From Dicyema japonicum (taxonomy: Eukaryota; Animalia; Dicyemida): a DNA stretch of 64,000 bases. The translations under genes were made by a program, and so were the position numbers. The stretch lies in NCBI GenBank assembly GCA_011109175.1, contig RDEW01000081.1, forward strand, positions 31,430 through 95,429. The letters run 5' to 3'. Positions 1-12,384 of the stretch are shown piece after piece (position 1 is the stretch's first letter; every line of letters starts with the position of its first letter). The notes beneath the pieces are model-generated. The model ran no database searches. It was not told where the DNA came from and worked only from the letters and a program-made list of their open reading frames with translations.

Positions 1-260
1 CTTTGAATTTTAGTAATTTTTGATGAATCTGTCGATTGGCGTGACCTTCAAAGATAATTTCAAAAACTTTAACTTTAATCATTTCTAAGCATATATACAA
101 GTTCCAGACATGGTGACAACGGGAGACTGCCCACGTAGGTAAAAATCAAAACTTATTTTTTAAGTTATACAGATTTATTTGCAAATATCCAGAGAGATGT
201 AATCTTAGCTGCATCCTTTTTTCCTAATTTTATAGGGAAATTAAATATTTGCTTATAAAT
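1..260 (-). pseudogene. Decayed 3' fragment of a possible alpha-carbonic anhydrase gene (runs off the window start)
   Basis: Minus strand reads FTYVGSLPLSPCLELV, then across frameshifts IIFE/TPID/HQKLLKFK. This resembles the alpha-CA C-terminal motif Y-x-GSLTTPPC-x-E-x-V-x-W...PI-x-IS-x-x-QL-x-x-FR. Stops and frameshifts are present. Confidence 0.35.
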
Positions 261-1024
261 TTAGATATTTGTAGAATTTCAATCCAAATTGTAAGTAATC
301 ACTGTCATTATCTTGGAATTAGAGTTTGTCGTCAACTTACTTTTATTCCCCATCTACACATCAGAGTCAGTGATTATGTCTCTGTTAGCATTCAATTGAA
401 TGTCATCACGACTAGCACATGCCATTTTAACAAGCTGGTCGGAAGCAGAGGTAAACTCTTCATCAGGAGACCTTCCTCCCGTTCTTGTGTTCAACTAGCA
501 TGCTGAAGACATTTTCCAAATAAATTCTTTGCTACAGGTATGCTGAACAAAGTTAGAAAGAACGGATAGACAACAGTTGGTCAAATGACGCTTTTGTTAA
601 CCAGAAAGTAAGGAAATATAAAGGATGGTCGTACAAAAGATGTGACTGCAAAAACTATTGCTATAAAAATACAAACTTTGAAGAAAACCAACGAGCATAC
701 TGCAACTGCACAGCAAAAAAAGTAAGAGTGAAAGCTACAGGAATTAGCGGAAAGAGAGCAAAAAATCAATATAAAATTAAAATTCCGTGATATCAAGTTT
801 CCAAAATTATGTGGATTGGAATCTCCTAAAAACGCCAGAATAATGAGAGAAGGCCTATGTTTCTTGTTTTAATTTAAGGAGAGAGATAAAACTTCCTCTA
901 TCGGAGAAGTTAACTTATCTGTTCTTTTCGTAAATATATAAGGTAATCGAAATCCAAATGTGGCACTCGGAGATTGTTCTGAAGAATGCACCAAATGGGT
1001 GGAGGCTTATGTGAAAGAACTTAA

Positions 1025-4000
1025 CTACGTCACTGAGTTACTAAACGACTGGTGAAGCTGGGAAATCCGTCCTGCTAAGAAGTCCTTTATCCATGTGAAG
1101 AGTTTCTTTTGGATGTCAGCAGCCGCATGCCTTGATAGGAGGGCATCATGCCACACGCTATCGAATGCTTTGGACTGCTCCAAACACACCAGGTTGACTT
1201 GCCTCTTGAATTCCAGGCCTCTCAGTACGATCGAATACATGTGGTGGATACAATCCGTGCAAAATTTCTCAGATCTGAGCCACATTGTTCCGCGAGAAGG
1301 AAACAACTCTTTTCCATGTGCTCGTTTAGTCTTTTGAAGATAATTCTCTCAGCAATCTTGGAGATAGAGCAATTTAGGCTGATCGGCCTATAGTTAAAAG
1401 GGTCCCTCCCCGACTTTCTTGGTTTAAGTATCATACTGACAATAAAGGATTTCCAGCGTCTTGTGACATATTTATGATCAATGCTTGCGTTGAATAAGTT
1501 CCTTAGTAAGAGCAGCAAATCCTCTAAACCTTCCTTGAACATTCTCATGCTAACGCTTATGTCTAGGAGCGTGAGCTTTGCATTCTCTAATAGCAACTAC
1601 GACGTCTTCTGTCGTCATCCTTATATTGGTATCTTTGAGATCATCCAGAGAATAGGTAATAAGTTTTTGTGAAGCTACCAACTCTTCCTTCGGAATCAGC
1701 TTCATTGGGTTGACTCTTTGGATACGGTCTAGTGCTTCTTAAAGATATCTGGGGCATCTTCTGTAGAATATGACCCACCTTCTGGCTTGTTCAAAAAGAT
1801 TTTCATTTTTTCCCTCTTCTGGCCAGTTATTCTTTGTAAATCTTCCAGTACGAGGAGTCTTTGGTTTTTAGTTTGCTTGCCTCGACCTTCTAATATCGTT
1901 CTAGAGCCAGTCTTGTTCCCTCTTCAATGGCTTTTTTGATTATCTTTAGTTGATCGGTCAATGTAATCCGGTCGATCCAGTCAACACATCTTCTGGGTTT
2001 GGTCTTAGTCGGTTTCTCTCTTCGGGAATAAGGTCCGTCCTTCCAGTTTTTGAGGTTCCTAGATATGTATCTTCTGTAGTGATTTCAATTTATCGTTGAA
2101 ATGTCATATCCTGTGAACACTCACTCAGTAGTGTCCGGAGCCAGGTTCAGTGTCATCACTTGCGGAATGTGGTCGCTCCCGATGTCCCACATGGTCTTCT
2201 GTCTCTCCACATAAGTGTAGAGCGGTGGTGAAACAAGGAACACGCCAAGCATAACTCCACCATGGTGAGAGAAGTGATTTGGCTCCTCCGACGTCATGAT
2301 TTCAAAGCCAGTTTTATCACCCAATTTTCCTAGTCTGAGTTCATCCCCGTTAGTTCTGAGACACCCATATTTAACGTTCTTGGCGTTTAGATCTTCTACC
2401 AGGACAGACATATCGTTTCTCACAAAAAATTCTTCAATTTCTGTAGAACACTTTCTGAGGTCTTTCGAATACATGCCTCCAACGTGTATCCATGAGCCAC
2501 AGCAGCGCACCTCAACGGAAACAAATTCACATTGTGTATTCATAATAACTTTTGGCTCACGTATCTGTAGGTCATTACTGTAGAATATTGTGGTTCCAGC
2601 ACCAACATCAGAATCTTCTACCCACGGTATTTTTATAGAATTAAATCTTTGTAGCATTGTAGTGTTGGTCTTTTTCACCTTGGTTTTGTTTACCACTTGG
2701 ATGTCAATCCTGGTGGTTGACAGAAGTAATGCTAAGTCATGACGTCTCTTCCTCAGGAATCGGGCATTCACCAGCACTATCTTGATGTCTCTTCTCAATT
2801 CGCTTTTAGGTAGCCCGGGTTCAGCTCTACCATTCTTTGTAAATCCACCCCGAGTATACCGCTTAGTTCTTTTAGTCTTGATCAGAGCTTTTCAAAAAAT
2901 AATTCTCGCGGCACACTAATCGTAAAAAAAATAATCCACGGCACACATTAAAAAATAAAAAATTAAATTTTTAAGATGTGTAAAAAAACTAAGTACAAAA
3001 ATTGGTAATTTAATGCCCAAATTTTTATTAATAGAAAAATGAAATCTTAATTATAATTGTTTTTGCATATATTCTCCGACAAAGATATCTTCATTATTTT
3101 TTGTTCATATTTATGACTAAACATAATCCGAGCAATAATACGACAAGCAGGGATTATCAAGTTTTCGCCAATAGTGTGAGGTTTTAGTTGTTTTGTTATC
3201 AATCCTGATATCAGGTATGAACATTTCAATGATTCCTTTGTGTTTACTAAAGTTTCACTGAACATCATTTGACTAGATCTACGATTCATAGTAAAAACTA
3301 AATAATAGTTGTGTTGTTTTTTCAAATGGATAAAATAATCCACAGATTTTTCGGAATAGTCCGGATGCTTGGAAGTAAAATGTCTCTTTAGTTTGCTAAA
3401 AACCATAGCATCATTTGCAAAGACTCTCATGCAAATTAGACATTGAGGTAGTTTATTTTTATCTTTGCATATAAATCCAAATGACAAAAAAGAATCTTTA
3501 TAAAAACGACGAACTGATCCATAAGCACGTTGATGCGGACGTTATTAAAAAATTAATAAATAATAGTTAACCAATGTAAATGTCATTAATATATAATAAA
3601 AAAATGATTATTTTAATTTTAGTAATTATTTTAATTTGTTTATCTTTTTAAATTAATTAGGTCAAAAATGCATATAAATTTATTCAAATTTTTATTTGGC
3701 AGGCGGCACACTAGAAATTGTCTCGCGGCACACTTAGTGTGCCACGGCACACCGTTTGACAACCTCTGGTCTTGATATTATTTCCTCCAGTTCTTTTGCA
3801 ATTTTCCTTGGTATATTTTTTTGGGTAGCCAAGCCGATTCTCGTGAATGAGGATCTGGTCCATTTTTGTTAATCCTTGGGCCAATTATTCTTTTTTGGGC
3901 CACTTTGTTGGTTAAAGCAGAGGTTATTCATCTGTTTCGGTTCCATATTGTTGGTTCGGAGACTTAAGTTTCGCCTGGCCTCCACTAGAACAGGGCATCC

Positions 4001-4680
4001 TCAATAGTTTAACGCACTTGGGTTCGAGACCCGGGTTCGCACTGCACTTGGAGGTGTCATGCTCTCCCGCATAACGGAAGCATTTCTTCCTTCCTGTGCA
4101 CTGGTATGCAAGGTGACCGACATGCTGACAGTTGTAGCAGATCGGCGGTCTTCTTCTCATCCACTCACAGGAGATCTTGTTCGTTCCAATGTAGAAGCCA
4201 CAACGTATTAGCGATGCGGCCTCCGATTTATTATTAATTAAGGCTTTCGCCATTGGCATGGCCTGCGATCCTCTGGACATTTGGGTAACTTTTGTAGTTG
4301 ATGGAACCATCTCCTGGAGGTAGTCAGAGAGGTCGTCCTCCTTCACCCAGAAGGGCAGGTTCCTGATACAATCTCTGACGGTTTGTTGAAATTGTTCTGA
4401 ATCGGTGGTTGTCCGGACCAAAGGAGAAGTCTCATTCACGGTCTCCATAAAGGCGGTCATGTGGGGGTTGTCTCGGAAATCTATTCGGAAGAAAGCTCAT
4501 CTGTGGCTTATCTTCATACATCCGTACTGGTCATAGAGGTATAGAATGTTCGCGATCCTTATCGCACTGGTAGAGGAATCGACTGTGATCAATAGAGACG
4601 AGTTGTCTGTGGAATTAGCCTTCATGGGTTCGTTTGCTTGTTTGGCCAATTCTGTTGAGTCGAGTTTCATAGGTTCACCT
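1025..4680 (-). mobile_element. Jockey/I-group non-LTR retrotransposon, family A copy 1 (degenerate, internally deleted, interrupted by a hAT element)
   Basis: ORF1 with CCHC knuckles (CYNCQHVGHLAYQC, 3924-4460). APE endonuclease (IVLVNAR...DLNAK...SDH, 2121-2798). RT motifs PFNYRPISL (1222-1596) and LEQSKAFDSVWH (1025-1306). Confidence 0.9.
2883..3768 (-). mobile_element. Internally deleted Buster/Charlie-like hAT DNA transposon
   Basis: TIRs CAGAGCTTTTCAAA and (reverse complement) CAGAGGTTGTCAAA. Perfect 8-bp TSD GTCTTGAT at 2875-2882 and 3769-3776. ORF 3047-3487 has the BED-finger/Buster N-terminus (PQCLIC...KLKRHFTSKH; KPHTIGENLIIPAC). Subterminal CGGCACAC repeats. Confidence 0.92.
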
Positions 4681-5218
4681 CAAATCTCAAATAGCTCATT
4701 CTCGGACTGAATCGACTCTGTAGTTCCTTTTAACAAGAATTTAAAAATCGTATCTCAACCTTAACAAAATTCATCTTGAAAGATTCCAATACAAACCAGG
4801 GATCACTAGCAAGCTTTTCTGATAAGGATTTTGGCTTATTTCCTAAGCAAATTAGAAAAAAGCACGTAATGAGGTTAGTTTTGAGTCGACTTATAGGGTT
4901 TCCCGACCATTAACACCACTTTCCAGATCAATAGCGTAGCTTTCCGATCCATTACCGTCATTTTCCCCATTAATAGTGTAACTTTCAAGTCAATAAGGGT
5001 AAAACTCATTTAAGGTCGGATTTTCAGTATCCTAAAGACCAAGAAGAGCTATTTCAGGATCTTCTACTTATATTACTGTAATTTAAATAAAAGTTTGTTT
5101 TTACTTAAAAAAATTTTTTACCCTTAAAAAATTTAGTCGGGAAACCCAATATCTGCTGAAAGTTATGCTATACACTAGAAAGTGGCAAATAGAATATTTA
5201 AACAAATTAGGCTACAGG

Positions 5219-5309
5219 AATCGCAAAACTTAAATTAATCAAGAATTAGTTTGATTGTTAACTAAAATAATCGTAAAACTTAAATTAATCAAGAATTTAT
5301 TTGATTGTT
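5219..5309 (+). repeat. Two-unit tandem repeat, period 50 bp (also in copy 2 at ~29161-29250)
   Basis: AATCG(C/T)AAAACTTAAATTAATCAAGAATT..TTTGATTGTT starts at 5219 and 5269. Confidence 0.8.
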
Positions 5310-5699
5310 GATTAACCAGCCTAAAAAAAGAAAAATTACAAAAGTCAATTATAAAGATAGAGCATTAAATGAATAAATCAATTAGTCGGAAACTTTTGAT
5401 CGATTCACTACCATCTTCCTATTCATTCTTTTATAATAAGGAGTATTCAGATCGACCCTCAGAAAATAAAATTTGAAATCATCTTTAGTAAAATTAAAGG
5501 CAAAAAATTTTTACTAATGTTCGGGTTGCTCCGATACTTCAATAGTATTTTCCCTTAAACGGACTAACACATACAAAAAAATAAAAGGATGAGTGAGGGG
5601 TTTGATTGTATAAAAACACAGCTTTTCGAATATGCTTTATCGGAAACTATCATTTTTGATAAACTTTCTGTGATCGTCTGATTGAAACAATCTTCTGAC

Positions 5700-6900
5700 T
5701 TTGATTGTTGAGTCTTCCATGGAATTGAATAATTCTGAAATCTTCACACAATTTCTGATATGACCGTTCTTATTTTCTATTCCGTTGTCGCATTAGAGAC
5801 TTTGACATATGACATCTATTTTCACGGAAAAACGAATTTTTTTAATTTTTGTCTAAAACATGGTGACGTTGTATTGAGCAAAAATAGGAAACCTTTACAT
5901 CGGTCGTTTCTTAGATTTCCCAGAAAATCATTCGTGAAGTTAATTGTCCTCGTACAAGCCGTTACTACCCTATCACATGGATTGAAAAGATTAAGGTGTC
6001 GAAGGTAACTCGAAGATCTTTTGGGTTTTTTACGGAGAAGTTTTCTCATCTAGCTTGACGTCAATTAATAATTTCTCTTGTCTTCTGTATGACGTAAAAA
6101 GGATCAAACTGACTTCTCTGGGCTAGCTCTCAATTGATTTCAATAAAACAACAAAATCAGATTGTTCAGACTGTCCTGTAATCTTCGCGTCAATAATACT
6201 CACATCCAACGACTATATAACCCGCGTAAGATAGTAATATGCCGTTGTCATCTTGTGGAATTGCTAGGTCATTCGTAATAAGATTGAATAAGAGGGGAGA
6301 TTATGGGGAACCTTTAGTAACGCAATTTAGTGAAAGTCTCAATGCAGACATCGATTACCCTGGTGTACTCAGGAAATTCACCAACTATAACTTCAGGAAA
6401 AAATTGTGGGATGATCTCACACCAATCAAAGTAAATACCTTCTGGATTTGAATTGACAATCGACTTTATTTCCAATTCTCTTGTTTAGACCGAATCTTAT
6501 AAATTCCTTTAATGTATTTAGGTTCATCGCTTATCTTTGAAACAATGCTAAAACCTGGCATCTGGGAAAGAAGTGCAGATGAGTGTCATAACCAGCCTTT
6601 ATAGGATTCTTGACTGGACAAACTCTAACACAATGCTTCATGAATTTGTTCAAATCCATCTGGTAATCAAGGTCTCCCAGTATTCTTACTGTCAGCGTTT
6701 ATAATGTTCCGTAATTTCTTTCACATCTTGTAAAGTTATCTAATTGTTCATGGCAGTGGATATGCGACTCAGTTTCTTTCCTTGTAAACGTTTTTCACTT
6801 TCGGAGATCTAGTATTAATGTTAATTTGTATCTACTATAGGGACTACCATATATGGGTTTTGGAATCTACATGTGCAGTAACTAAGTACTGGTCTTTATT
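5700..6900 (-). mobile_element. Heavily decayed LINE RT/C-terminal remnant (duplicated at ~29640-30800)
   Basis: Broken frames give KGSP*SPLLFNL (QGSPLSPLLFN motif), SYAGYIVV (YADD region) and PKDLRVTFDT (YLGVTFD thumb motif). Confidence 0.55.
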
Positions 6901-8182
6901 CACGAATTGAAATCCTCTATAGCTACTACCACATCATTATTTTTAAGTTTCGTCTCCAGAATTGATCCTTAATGTATCACTTAAAGTTAAGTTATTATTA
7001 TACAATCTTTTAACAGTTTACGGATAACTAACTTCATAACTATTCAAATAAATGTGTTTTATTTCCTTTTAAAATTTGTAATGATAATTAAAAAATCACT
7101 ATTATTTTTCATAATGCTTCATTTAAAAAAATAAAGTTATTAAAATGTCGCGTAGTCAATTGGTCACATGTTTACCAGCGGTCTGTTTTATATTCCTAAA
7201 AGATCCAGTTTGACTACGCAGTCATTTTTTCTTACTTTACAATTTTGTTAATAATTTACCTTTTAAATGCAAAAATTTAATTTTTTTAGTTTTCGTCTTC
7301 AGAATTGATCCTCAATGTATCACTTTAAGTCAAAGCCGAGGATCCGAAAAGAAGGAAGTATAGAAGCATCTCTGAATAATTAATGTGAACATTGATCTAT
7401 AGATCTAGAAAAATGTTATAAGATAAAAGAATATTCGAAATTTTATTTATAAAATAAATTAAAAATTAGATGAGATAAATAAATATTAGAAATTTCATTA
7501 CAGTGGCTTTGATGGAGGTTCGTTCCTTTATTGAGGTTCGTTCCTTAAAACTTCTGTAGAGTTTTTGTATATGTGGGTTGGAAGTCGCCAGTTTCAAAAT
7601 TAGTTCCACGTGTGGTGTATCTAAATGATCAGATCTTAGCACTTCTTAAAAAAATAGTCAAATGTCGGGAATTTTATTTAATATTCCAGGAAATACCGGA
7701 AAGATGTTAAGAGTTAATTGACGGCTAATTAAGGTAAATCCACTTCTCACGATCCTTTTTAATCATCAAGTCTATCCATATCCGTAGTTGTGGGAACCCC
7801 TCAAATCGAAAGGTGAAGAGAGTGATTTTTTGGTGTTTTTTAGACTAATGGATCACGTGACGGCTCTTAGGATTCAAAGTAGGCACATAGCAGTGAGTGG
7901 TCCTGAATCGTACCCACAGCTAACTCTAGATTGTATTACATGATCTATATTAACAGATGGAAATAAGGTCGCGAATTGTTTAGAGAAGGGAGAATTTCTG
8001 GAGTGTTGAAACAGAGAAACGGGATAAAGGCAACTCCGAGTATTATTGGTGTTTGATCACATAAAAAACTGATTGAGTTGGGGTAAGATAAGAATTTTTT
8101 CAAATTTTAAGGTTAAAAATGTTTGCCCAAATCATATTAAACAAATATAATACAAACCAACAGAATCACAAATCAAAGAAAA

Positions 8183-10561
8183 TTAAACTAAGTCCCTTCG
8201 TTGTTCCTCAGTCACTGCTTCTTTTTTCTCACTAGCCTTGACATTGCTCTCCACTTGACAGTGCAGCTTCTCCATCCTATTCCTCAGTCCATTAAAATCA
8301 ATCCTCATTCTCTGGATGTCATACCCCTTATCATTTTCACTGGTAAACTAAAAGTGACACGACCCATACTTCGGTGAAATTCTCGGATTCCACAAATTTG
8401 CCCTCAAATCCGTTTATTTTACTAACGAACTCCCTCACAGACACCGATTGCTCATCAAAGTTCTTCATTTCCAAAATTAATTTTGCACACTTTGAGCTTT
8501 CTTCCAACCACGAGTCAATTTTAATACACAAATCGTGGAAACTCTCAGCAGCGACACAAGTCTACAATAATAATAAGTTAAATAACCTTCTCCTGTTCAT
8601 TCAAATCCCGCAAAAGCTTAGCCCTTTTATCATGACAAACCTCAATCATCATTTCTTTAGTCTCCTCTAACTGTTGAAGACTCGAACATGTGTAAACATT
8701 CTCTTCCACGTAAGGAAGTTCATTCTTTTTACAGATGCATTGAATCCGCTTGACAATACCCCTGATATTCTTAAGTTTTATATCTGCTTTCTCCACATTC
8801 TTTTCAAACGAGTCCAGATAGTCCAACCACTTATTAATAATATTGACTGATGACACCAACAGATCATCCCGCATGTCTTCGATCCAAAAGTCCATCCATT
8901 TCTTTAAAATCTCCAAATATATATTCATCATACAGTCACATCCACTGCATAGTCAAACAACAGTGTATCAATTTGCTCCAAAACTAGCATTCGATGTTTA
9001 ATCTGCTTATACAATTTGGTGTTAAAATCCACAAACTCACTAAAAATGTTCTTAATCTCTTCAAGACGATTATCAACGAGACATATCAACGAATATCCAT
9101 TATCACGCAAGTCTTTAGCATAATCATCAAAACTCCTAATTATTGGGTCATCCATTGCGTTCATAACAATCCTAATTTCGTTAATCGTAGCCTTGATCAC
9201 TCAATATGAGTACCTTCAAGTTAGACAATCCACGTGAGTTTATTTTTATCTTCATATTCGCCATCCACGCTTCATAACTGTCACATTTGCGATGGAAATT
9301 CATAGCCAGACTTTCAATCAACTTAAGTCTACAACTTATCAAACACGTGACCTGGTACTTTCGGAATTTATCCATTCCTTGTAACTTTGAGACAAATCCA
9401 CCAAACTAGACCAGTCCTCGATAATATTATTTAGTTGTTCCTCTTCAAACTCACTCCTAGCTCTCAAAATGTTGGAGATGTTCTCCAATTCAACTTTCTG
9501 AGAATACTTTGATGGCATCTCTTGCATGGAAAACCATCGGTATTTCTCTAGCTGTTCCCTCACCTCATCAGAACTCCCAAATTCTGGTCGATTGGACAGC
9601 CAGTCTTTCTTGACATTGATCCACGAGATCATCTCGGGGATATCCTCAAGCAGTGGCAAGGAAATCTCACTCTCGCTTACTCCTCGTAGCAAAGAGTATG
9701 CATTCTGTTCTGTCTTGATTGTCTACCAGTAACACAACTCTACACTAATTCATCATGTATAAATTTTTGATAAAGCGAAGAGACATATGTCATAACAGAA
9801 CGCTCATCTGCACGCCAAGCCATATCTAAGATGATAAACCTAGTTACCCTCGGGGTCAAGCATACAGGGTATATCGAGATGCTCCTCTGCTACTTGGAAT
9901 GCTCGCTTTAGGTTCTCTTCCGATGTTTCAGGCTTGGGTAAATACGATTAATGCCTGAAATCCGTCAAATTCTATTAGATCTGGTCTGTGTCTATGGATT
10001 ATTGCCGCAAAGGCTAGTCCGTCCTTAAAACTAGTATGGAAGTTATTGACGTTCACTCCTTCATACCCATCAGTCTTTCGTTGACACCACAAAAGCAGCC
10101 CTTCCATGGCAAATTTATCTGTTGATTTAAAAATCCAGCCCTACTTTCCATCGTGATGTCCTGTATTGCGAACCGTAAAATTATAGCCCAGATCACCATC
10201 AGTATAACTTTGACATTTCCGTCGAGTATGTCTGAAAAAAATCAGTACATCAGTACCTTCTGCTACAACTGAAAGAGTTTCACTCCCTTGTTGATCATGA
10301 ATTTAAGAGCCTGATTGAGGTTCATTATTTGATGAAGCCTGAGGAATTTGGTTTCAACCAGAGGAATTTTCTCGTTGGAAATTACTTCAAGCAGACGAAT
10401 TAGTACAAATCCATTGGAGAAATCAGTATCAAAGTTAACTATTTGGCAGTTGATTTTCCGGAGGTGGGAATTACACCAAGCTGTAAACACCTTCATTTAT
10501 AATTTAATTTTACTTTTTTTTGTTGTTTCTAGCTTGAATGATATAGAATATGATCGCACAT
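8183..10561 (-). pseudogene. ACTN: Alpha-actinin (CH1-CH2, 4 spectrin repeats, no EF-hand domain), 11 tiny introns, disabled copy 1
   Basis: [49 protein letters not shown]...[30 protein letters not shown] and spectrin-repeat segments become colinear with alpha-actinin after removing introns at 10491-10513, 10232-10256, 10119-10144, 9933-9954, 9826-9847, 9723-9745, 9329-9351, 9192-9213, 8911-8933, 8562-8586 and 8348-8369. Lesions: GAG>TAG at 10529-10531 and a 1-nt deletion near 10272. Restored length ~707 aa. Confidence 0.9.
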
Positions 10562-10719
10562 CTTCACAAACTTAAGTTAGTTACGTAAAATTTTATTAAA
10601 AATGTTGGTTAGCCAATTTATAAATATTTTTTACTTAAAATTTAGAACTTATTTTTTATCTAAAAATTTATGATTTTCTACCTATAAATGATTTTAAATT
10701 TATTGGCCACGTGGTGCAA

Positions 10720-11420
10720 CAGTGGGCCCAAAAAGTCATGGCACCACTTAATAAATTTTAATATTTTACTTTTAATTACTTTTTTTACAAAATTAAAAAG
10801 TATTAAGATATTGAAAATAATTTTAAATTTTTAAATTTTAATATTTGGTTAAGAAAAAACAATTTTTTTATATTTTTAGTGTTATTTAATGGTCAAAAAG
10901 TGTTGGCACGGTGCGTCATTAATTTTTTGTTGCATGACCTATTGCAACAATTACTGCCTCTAATCTTCTTTTGTATGTTTCTATTAATTTACTCACGGCA
11001 GAATACTATTAACTACATTATATTTTTTGGTCTTCGGATTCCTATCTATATTTTCAACGTTTTCCATAAATTTTCAATTGGGTTTAAGTCGGGAGGCCAT
11101 TTCAGAACATTTAGTTGTAATTTTAGTTTTATGTTTCGGATCGTTATTATGTTGAAAACGTCCAATTATTTTTTAACTTTAATATATTGGTGGATGAAAT
11201 TTAACAATTTTTCAAAATTACGACGTACTTTTCGGTATTCAATATTTCATCTATGAAAAATAGTTCACCCACTCCTTGAGATGAAAAACACGCCCATAAC
11301 ATTATGCTGTTTCCTCCGTGCTTAACTGTAGGCATGGTACATTTTTTGTCATATTCTTGATTTTTTTCTTCCAAATATATCAAAAAGTTCAACTTTGGTT
11401 TCATCTGATCATAATATATT
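10720..11420 (-). mobile_element. Tc1-family transposon remnant (3' half of transposase plus one terminus)
   Basis: [46 protein letters not shown]...ATK*. Terminus CAGTGGGCCCAAAAAGTCATGGCACC at 10720 with an internal related motif GGTCAAAAAGTGTTGGCAC near 10890. Confidence 0.85.
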
Positions 11421-11796
11421 CATTAATATTTTGTTTATTCGCTGGATATTTTTTTAATCGTTGAATATTTGGTTAGGAATCTAAGTGTTCTTGAAGAGAT
11501 CTAAAGAAACTTCACAATGTCATTGAAGATACAAAAATCTCTAAGTAGTAGTCAAATGGTTGAGAAAATGATGTATCTCTAATGCATACGTATGTCTGCC
11601 TAGGTTTGTGATAGAAAAAGTTTTTGTCTTCTTTCTTTTCGTAGCATAAACAATGTGACAGACTTAGGGGTATCAATAACCAGAATTTATTACCAAATGA
11701 AATAGAGGATGAACGAAGATCAAAGCTGCGGCATTATTATTAGGACGAAAGAAGATCAAAGTTTTCCTAAACTTGATAAATTATTTTAAATAGCGG

Positions 11797-11905
11797 GTGC
11801 CCAAGTAAAACGTAGTAAGACAATACTAGTGGATTCAGAGTTAAGATTGCTTAGTCGATTTTAATAGTGTGTGCCCAAGTAAAGCGTAGTAAGACAGTAC
11901 TGGTG
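11797..11905 (+). repeat. Direct repeat of ~35 bp, period 74
   Basis: GTGCCCAAGTAAA(A/G)CGTAGTAAGACA(A/G)TACT(A/G)GTG at 11797 and 11871. The assembly gap in copy 2 starts between the two units. Confidence 0.7.
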
Positions 11906-12384
11906 TGTGAAAAATATAAAGTCAAAAAAGTCAACATTATGAGTATTATCCAAAAATGTCAAAATTTTAATTTATTAGTGATAATTATTCCAAATAAATG
12001 AACCAAAGCATGTCCATTACATCAGCTATACTAAACTAAAATATGCTGAATAGAATACTATTTGTTTTCTTGGTTCGCATTCTAATAGTCTTAGTTAAAT
12101 TTATACTCAAAATATTGTTAGCCTGGATATGAGGATAATATATGAGTGTCAATACAATCTGATACTGGTGGAACGTCTTGTTCATCATTTCTTTAAGATC
12201 ATCCAAATTCTGCTTTATCAATTCAAATATAAGATCAATATTTTCATCATTCTTCATTCCACTCATTTTTAGAGAATAGCGGCGAATCTGTTATTTCAAT
12301 AGTCTCCGTCACATATCTATTTAATATAATTCAAGTGTGAAAATACTATTGAAAATATTTACCACGGTCAAATTATCTTAATAG

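Larger units (their letters stand above)
1643..11838 (+). repeat. Segmental duplication, copy 1 (direct repeat of 26590-37059)
   Basis: Colinear near-identity over ~10 kb with 26590-37059, covering LINE remnants, alpha-actinin and the Tc1 remnant. Lacks the sequence corresponding to 27661-28796. Confidence 0.95.

Noticed and set aside
2810-2832. 2A/StopGo-like peptide VELNPG just before the APE domain of LINE copy 1
   Set aside because: It lacks the preceding D and the final P, lies in the terminating ORF1 frame, and other copies read VDLAMESPG or VDLA, so it is probably a by-product of a 9-nt deletion.
5219-5309. CRISPR-like or satellite array
   Set aside because: Only two units, no unique spacers, eukaryotic context.
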